64,000 bases of DNA, taken from assembly GCA_035444805.1 (NCBI GenBank), contig DAOMPM010000006.1, positions 1,069 to 65,068 on the forward strand, in the 5' to 3' direction. The notes under the pieces were generated by a model that was not told the origin of the DNA, did not search any database, and saw nothing but the letters and a program-made list of their open reading frames with translations. Positions 59,858 through 64,000 of the stretch are shown piece by piece. Origin of the DNA: Luteimonas sp. GTDB lineage: Bacteria > Pseudomonadota > Gammaproteobacteria > Xanthomonadales > Xanthomonadaceae. Each line of letters begins with the position of its first letter. The first letter of the stretch is position 1. The translations under genes and the position numbers were made by a program.

Positions 59858-61786
59858 ATGATCGATTCCACCCGCTACCCGCGCCTCTCGCGCATCGGCA
59901 GCCCGGCCGAACTGCGCCAGTTCGACGAGGCCGAACTGCCCGCCATCGCCGACGAACTGCGTGCCTACCTGATCGAATCGGTCGGCAAGTCGGGCGGCCA
60001 TTTCGGCGCCGGCCTCGGCGTGGTCGAGCTGACCACCGCCCTGCACTACCTGTACGACACGCCCGAGGACCGCATTGTCTGGGACGTCGGCCACCAGGCC
60101 TACCCGCACAAGATCCTCACCGGCCGCCGCGACAGCATCCACACGGTCAAGCAATCGGGCGGCGTGGCGCCGTTCCCCAAGCGCGAGGAATCCGAGTACG
60201 ACACTTTCGGCGTCGGCCACTCCTCGACCTCGATCTCGGCCGCGCTCGGCATGGCCGTTGCCAACGCCGCACTCGTCAAAGAAGGCAAGGCAGCTTCCAG
60301 GCAGATCGTTGCGGTGATCGGCGACGGCGCGATGACCGCGGGCATGGCCTACGAGGCGCTCAACCACGCCGGCGGCATGGACGAGGAGCCGGACCTGCTG
60401 GTGATCCTCAACGACAACCGCATGTCGATCAGCGAAGCGGTCGGCGGCGTCACCCGCATGCTCGGCCGCATGACCGGCAGCAAGACGCTCAACGCCCTGC
60501 GCGAGGGCGGCAAGAAGCTGCTCGGCGACAAGAACAAGCCGCCGGCGCGCTTCGTCAAGCGCTGGGAAGAACACTGGAAGGGCATGTTCGTGCCGTCCAC
60601 GCTGTTCGAGGAAATGGGCTTCCACTACACCGGCCCGATCGACGGCCATGACGTCAAGGCGCTGGTCGACACGCTGAAGATGCTCAAGGGCCTCAAGGGG
60701 CCGCAGCTGCTGCACGTCATCACCACCAAGGGCAAGGGCTACGAACTGGCCGAAGGCGACCAGATCGGCTACCACGCGGTGTCGCCGTTCGATCCGAGCA
60801 AGGGCCTGGTCAGCAAGGGCGGGCCGAAGAAGCCGACCTATACCGACGTCTTCGGCGACTGGCTGTGCGACATGGCGGCGGCCGATCCGACCTTGATGGG
60901 CATCACCCCGGCAATGCGCGAGGGCTCGGGCCTGGTGCGTTTCTCGAAGGAATATCCCGAGCGCTATTTCGACGTCGCCATCGCCGAGCAGCACGCGGTG
61001 ACGCTCGCCGCCGGCATGGCCTGCGAGGGTGCGAAGCCGGTCGTGGCGATCTACTCGACCTTCCTGCAGCGCGCATACGACCAGCTGGTGCACGACGTCG
61101 CGATCCAGAAGCTCGACGTGCTGTTCGCGATCGACCGCGGCGGCGTGGTCGGACCGGACGGCGCCACCCACGCCGGCAACCTCGACCTGAGCTACCTGCG
61201 CTGCGTCCCGAACATGCTGGTGATGGCGCCGGCCGACGAACGCGAATGCCGGCAGATGCTGTCCACAGGCTTCCGGCACGAAGGCCCGGCCGCGGTGCGC
61301 TACCCGCGCGGCAGCGGCCCCGGCGTACCCGCGGGCCACGAACTCGACACGTTGCCGATCGGCAAGGCCGAGCTGCGCCGCAAGGGCGCGCGCCTCGCCC
61401 TGCTCGCCTTCGGCGCGCTGGTGCCCGCAGCAGAGCAGGTCGGCGAAGAGCTCGGCCTGAGCGTGGTCAACATGCGCTTCGTCAAGCCGCTCGACCGCGC
61501 GCTGTTGCTGGAGCTTGCGAAGACGCACGAGGGCTTCGTCACGCTCGAGGACAACGTCGTCGCCGGCGGCGCCGGCTCGGGCGTGCTCGAACTGCTGCAG
61601 GCCGAGGGCATCACTGTGCCGGTGCTGCAGCTCGGCCTGCCCGACGCCTTCCAGCACCACGCCAGCCGCGAGGACCTGCTCGCCGAGGCCGGGCTGGACG
61701 TGGCCGGCATCCGCACGGCGGTCCTGGCGCGCTGGCCGGGGCTGGGCATCGCAGCAACGACGACGCGCTCGGCGGCATCCGCGTAG
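59858..61786 (+). CDS. dxs: 1-deoxy-D-xylulose-5-phosphate synthase
   Basis: [28 protein letters not shown]...[35 protein letters not shown]. Confidence 0.98.
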   Translation: MIDSTRYPRLSRIGSPAELRQFDEAELPAIADELRAYLIESVGKSGGHFGAGLGVVELTTALHYLYDTPEDRIVWDVGHQAYPHKILTGRRDSIHTVKQSGGVAPFPKREESEYDTFGVGHSSTSISAALGMAVANAALVKEGKAASRQIVAVIGDGAMTAGMAYEALNHAGGMDEEPDLLVILNDNRMSISEAVGGVTRMLGRMTGSKTLNALREGGKKLLGDKNKPPARFVKRWEEHWKGMFVPSTLFEEMGFHYTGPIDGHDVKALVDTLKMLKGLKGPQLLHVITTKGKGYELAEGDQIGYHAVSPFDPSKGLVSKGGPKKPTYTDVFGDWLCDMAAADPTLMGITPAMREGSGLVRFSKEYPERYFDVAIAEQHAVTLAAGMACEGAKPVVAIYSTFLQRAYDQLVHDVAIQKLDVLFAIDRGGVVGPDGATHAGNLDLSYLRCVPNMLVMAPADERECRQMLSTGFRHEGPAAVRYPRGSGPGVPAGHELDTLPIGKAELRRKGARLALLAFGALVPAAEQVGEELGLSVVNMRFVKPLDRALLLELAKTHEGFVTLEDNVVAGGAGSGVLELLQAEGITVPVLQLGLPDAFQHHASREDLLAEAGLDVAGIRTAVLARWPGLGIAATTTRSAASA

Positions 61787-61805
61787 CCGCATACCGGAAC
61801 ATGGT

Positions 61806-61905
61806 GCAGGAGCGCCCCATGGGCGCGACCGAATCGCGACGTTGTCCCTGCCGCCGTGGGTCGCGGGCATGGCCCGCTCCTGCAGTCATCTTTCCGATCG
61901 CGAAT
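61806..61905. repeat. GTAG-type REP doublet (78 bp core 61806-61883, reversed) with one outer flank
   Basis: GCAGGAGCGCCCCATGGGCGCGACC...GGTCGCGGGCATGGCCCGCTCCTGC then CCGATCGCGAAT. Confidence 0.85.
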
Positions 61906-62974
61906 CGGCATCAACCTCCGGCCCCGCTTCCACCGGGGATATGACCGGCGCAACCGCTGGTACCTCGACGAGGTAACCCTTCGCTTCCAGCCGCGCCAGG
62001 TAGCCGTCGGACGCCAGTATCAGTCCGATCGGCAGCATGGCGACGGCCGACGCATGCTCGTCCAGCGCCTCCTCAGCCGCAGCCAGCCACAGGTCCATCA
62101 CCCGCGGGCGCAGGTCGCCCATGCCCAGCCGCTGCGCGAGGCCGGTCTCGGTGACCGCGCGGATGCAGGCGGAGTACTGGGTCTCGACCGGCAGCGCGCG
62201 CAAGGCCTCGACGTCGCCCACGGCCCAGGCGTTGGCGCGCTGGCGCATGGTCTCCAGGTCGTGCTCGATCCGCGACAGGGTCTTGCCGAAGCAGTCGGTG
62301 TCGGCGAGCGTGGTCTCGCGGAACTCGCGCAACGCCGCCTTCGGATCTTCGATCTGCATGCGCAGGTTGACCGCCTTCTGCGGCACGTCGTGGCGCCTGG
62401 CCATGCGCCTGACCGCCTTGCCGACGATGTCGTCCTGCTCGAGGCCGGACTTGCGCATCGCCGCTTCGTACAGTTCCTGCGCGGCGAAGATCGGCCGCCA
62501 CTGCTCCACGCCGCGATCGTTGCCGAGGTAGCGCTGCTTCAGCGGTTGCCAGCGCGCGTACAGCTCCGGCGACACCGCTTGCTCCAGCGCCTTGCCATCC
62601 GGGTTCCGCCGCGCCTTGAGCAGCGACGGCAGCAGCATCATGCCGCGGAACACGCCGATGTCGGAGTCCAGCGTGAACGACGGCGGCAACAGCACCTGCT
62701 GCGAACGCGCGACCAGCGATTCGACGCCCGCCGACTCCCACTGCATGCGCTTGGGCAACGGCGACAGCGTGGCCAGCACGTACAGCGTGTGCTCGCCCTT
62801 GCGCACCTTCCACAGGCCCGGCCCCGGCAGCACGCCGGAGACGACCACAGTCTCGTGGTCGACGATGCCCGGCGTGGCCTGCGGCTGCGTTTGCTCTGTG
62901 GGCGCTGGATCCTGCGCGGCGGCGAAGGCGGGCGCGACGAGCAGCAGGCAGGACAGCAGCCAGATCCGGCGCAT
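61886..62974 (-). CDS. TraB/GumN family secreted protein
   Basis: Signal peptide; PGLWKV...LYVLAT...; AWAVGD; YLARLEAKGYLVE. Confidence 0.8.
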   Translation of the reverse strand: MRRIWLLSCLLLVAPAFAAAQDPAPTEQTQPQATPGIVDHETVVVSGVLPGPGLWKVRKGEHTLYVLATLSPLPKRMQWESAGVESLVARSQQVLLPPSFTLDSDIGVFRGMMLLPSLLKARRNPDGKALEQAVSPELYARWQPLKQRYLGNDRGVEQWRPIFAAQELYEAAMRKSGLEQDDIVGKAVRRMARRHDVPQKAVNLRMQIEDPKAALREFRETTLADTDCFGKTLSRIEHDLETMRQRANAWAVGDVEALRALPVETQYSACIRAVTETGLAQRLGMGDLRPRVMDLWLAAAEEALDEHASAVAMLPIGLILASDGYLARLEAKGYLVEVPAVAPVISPVEAGPEVDADSRSER

Positions 62975-63012
62975 GGATGACGATCGAGGTGGGGGAAACG
63001 GATGATGCCCGA

Positions 63013-63495
63013 TCACGGATGAAGCGCACCCAGTCGCGCGAGTTCCCACGCGACCTCACTCGCGGCATCCAGCAGTTCGAAGCCTTCCCACACGAATCCC
63101 GGCGCCACCGTGCACGTCACCAGCACCGCCTCGTCCGCCGCGATCGCCGACTGCCAGGTGCCCGCCGGCACGATGCAGGACAAGGCGCGTTCACCGCCCG
63201 CCGACGGCCCCAGTCGCGTGCGCGACAGCTTGCCGCCCGCCGCATCGAACTGCAGCAGCTCCAGCGCCCCGCCCTGCTGCCAGTGCCAGGCCTCGTCGGC
63301 GTCGACCCGGTGCCAGCGGCTGCGTCCTCCGGCATCAAGCAGGTAATCGACCGCCGTCATCGCCGGGCGGCGATGGCCGTTCCATTCGACCTGCGCGCGC
63401 GAGGCGTGGATGCGGCGGTACCAGCCGCCTTCGGGGTGCGGCTCGAGTCCGAGTGACGCGATCCACCGTGCGCTGTCATCGATGTCCCTGGCCAC
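63013..63495 (-). CDS. Cupin_5 (DUF985) family protein
   Basis: LGLEPHPEGGWYR, WHRVDADEAWHW, VPAGTWQ, CTVAPGF.W.GFE; probable GTG start. Confidence 0.9.
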   Translation of the reverse strand: MARDIDDSARWIASLGLEPHPEGGWYRRIHASRAQVEWNGHRRPAMTAVDYLLDAGGRSRWHRVDADEAWHWQQGGALELLQFDAAGGKLSRTRLGPSAGGERALSCIVPAGTWQSAIAADEAVLVTCTVAPGFVWEGFELLDAASEVAWELARLGALHP

Positions 63496-63566
63496 GACGC
63501 GGTTCCTTCTTCCGGGGCGGGCATCATGCGCCGCCTGGCGGCAGCGTGGCGTCGGGCCGCATCGTT

Positions 63567-63591
63567 CCCGGCCCGGCCCGGCCCGGCCCGG
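63567..63591. repeat. (CCCGG)5 microsatellite
   Basis: Five exact CCCGG units in the cupin / small-ORF divergent intergenic region. Confidence 0.85.
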
Positions 63592-63736
63592 CGCGATGCG
63601 AACCGCGGCCGCGGCCACTGGTGTACTGCGTTGGACTCGATGACGACATCGCCTTGACGCCCCCGTTCGCAACATGTGCCCGGGCGGCCGCTGCAGGCGC
63701 GTCGTCCGGCCATGACCCGTCACTGAGGAGAACGCA

Positions 63737-63940
63737 ATGGATATCGCTTCCCTGTTCACCCAGCGCATGCGCCTGACCCCGGCGGAGCAACAGGCCGAGG
63801 CCCTGCTGTCGCTGGAGAACCTCCAGCGTTACTTCGAACAGTCCGCCAGGACGACCGTGAACAACCCCGCGCCGCTGCCACCCCGCCCGAGGGTCGACCT
63901 CGACGCCCTGTACGCAGGAACGGCAGTCATGAGGGCCTGA
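63737..63940 (+). CDS. Small hypothetical protein (67 aa)
   Basis: Strong SD GAGGAG; typical codon usage; ends just before a terminator hairpin. Confidence 0.65.
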   Translation: MDIASLFTQRMRLTPAEQQAEALLSLENLQRYFEQSARTTVNNPAPLPPRPRVDLDALYAGTAVMRA

Positions 63941-63965
63941 CGCGCCAAGCTGCAATGCGCGCAGG

Positions 63966-63997
63966 AAAAAAAGGGCCCGCGGATCACCGCGGGCCCT
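63966..63997 (-). terminator. Rho-independent terminator (for a gene entering from the right; possibly bidirectional)
   Basis: AAAAAAA-GGGCCCGCGG-ATCA-CCGCGGGCCC. Confidence 0.8.
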
Positions 63998-64000
63998 GGA

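Overview
GC-rich gammaproteobacterial chromosome segment. Gene content and order (queA, lat, upp, ggt-yfhL-coaD-rsmD-ftsY-mutY-yggX, tRNA-Phe, HNH-dxs) fit Xanthomonadaceae/Lysobacteraceae (Luteimonas/Lysobacter-like; inference). The main feature is a ~31.5 kb phosphorus/inositol island (7286-38751). It holds a tandem beta-propeller phytase, a histidine acid phytase, a divergent propeller phytase, PhoD, a purple-acid-phosphatase-type enzyme and a signal-peptide-bearing pyrophosphatase. It also holds three TonB-dependent receptors, a PepSY/two-component module and a complete myo-inositol catabolic set (2x iolG, iolR, iolCDEBA). Its only inner-membrane transporter is a GlpT/UhpT-type organophosphate carrier coupled to an inositol monophosphatase. 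Candidate IolR operators lie at the phytase-1/TBDR-1 and iol promoters, while Pho-box-like and CTGACA-N5-CTGACA repeats lie at the second phosphatase module. This suggests two differently regulated phytate-scavenging arms. The rest is housekeeping DNA with several palindromic repeat families, including fixed-length 77-78 bp GTAG REP doublets. No transposase, integrase, CRISPR array or rRNA was seen. All assignments come from motif recognition by eye; no database searches were run.
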